A stretch of DNA of 63,020 nucleotides, counting the filler, from Rhabdomonas costata (lineage: Eukaryota): NCBI GenBank assembly GCA_019059605.1. It is 54 parts of 54 records of this genome, joined end to end, with 100 filler letters (N's around TTAATTAATTAA, not from the genome) between each part and the next. Parts side by side here need not be neighbours in the genome. Positions count along the whole stretch, not along the records: positions 61,952 to 63,020 come from JAHMHO010030306.1; 53 more parts are not named here. One strand, given 5' to 3'. Positions 63,016 through 63,020 of this stretch are shown here, piece by piece (the stretch's first letter is position 1; the number at the start of each line of letters is the position of its first letter). The notes beneath the pieces were generated by a model. The model was not told the DNA's origin. It did not search any database and worked only from the letters and a program-made list of their open reading frames with translations. A program made the position numbers and the translations under genes.

Positions 63016-63020
63016 ACCCC

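Overview
This window is not one locus. It is about 54 unrelated contigs of about 1,069 bp each, joined by an artificial 100-nt spacer (N44-TTAATTAATTAA-N44, which gives stops in all six frames). Adjacency across spacers has no biological meaning, and ORFs running into the X...LIN tails are truncated. The DNA is from an intron-rich eukaryote, with short GC3-rich exons, GT-AG introns and at least one GC-AG intron. The gene content (CFAP36, a wax ester synthase/DGAT, cyclase-like exons, a Euglenozoa-style LRR) suggests a flagellated protist, probably a euglenid; this is inference. Recognisable exons include class III ADH, P5A ATPase, CFAP36, WS/DGAT, NUDT18-like, TIR, Kelch-like, SPRY-like, ankyrin, CCHC, RRM and CSPP1-like. 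The stand-out is an intact C-terminal domain of a contractile injection system (eCIS-type) tail sheath protein at 11695-12084, followed by non-bacterial-looking DNA: a candidate horizontally acquired sheath gene in a eukaryote. Also notable are a Penelope-like GIY-YIG domain split by an internal inversion, decayed Merlin-like and REL-like transposon relics, a 535-bp tandem unit and a dispersed intronic repeat. Contig-end palindromes and C/A tails look like library artefacts. All protein assignments come from motif recognition by eye; no searches were run.
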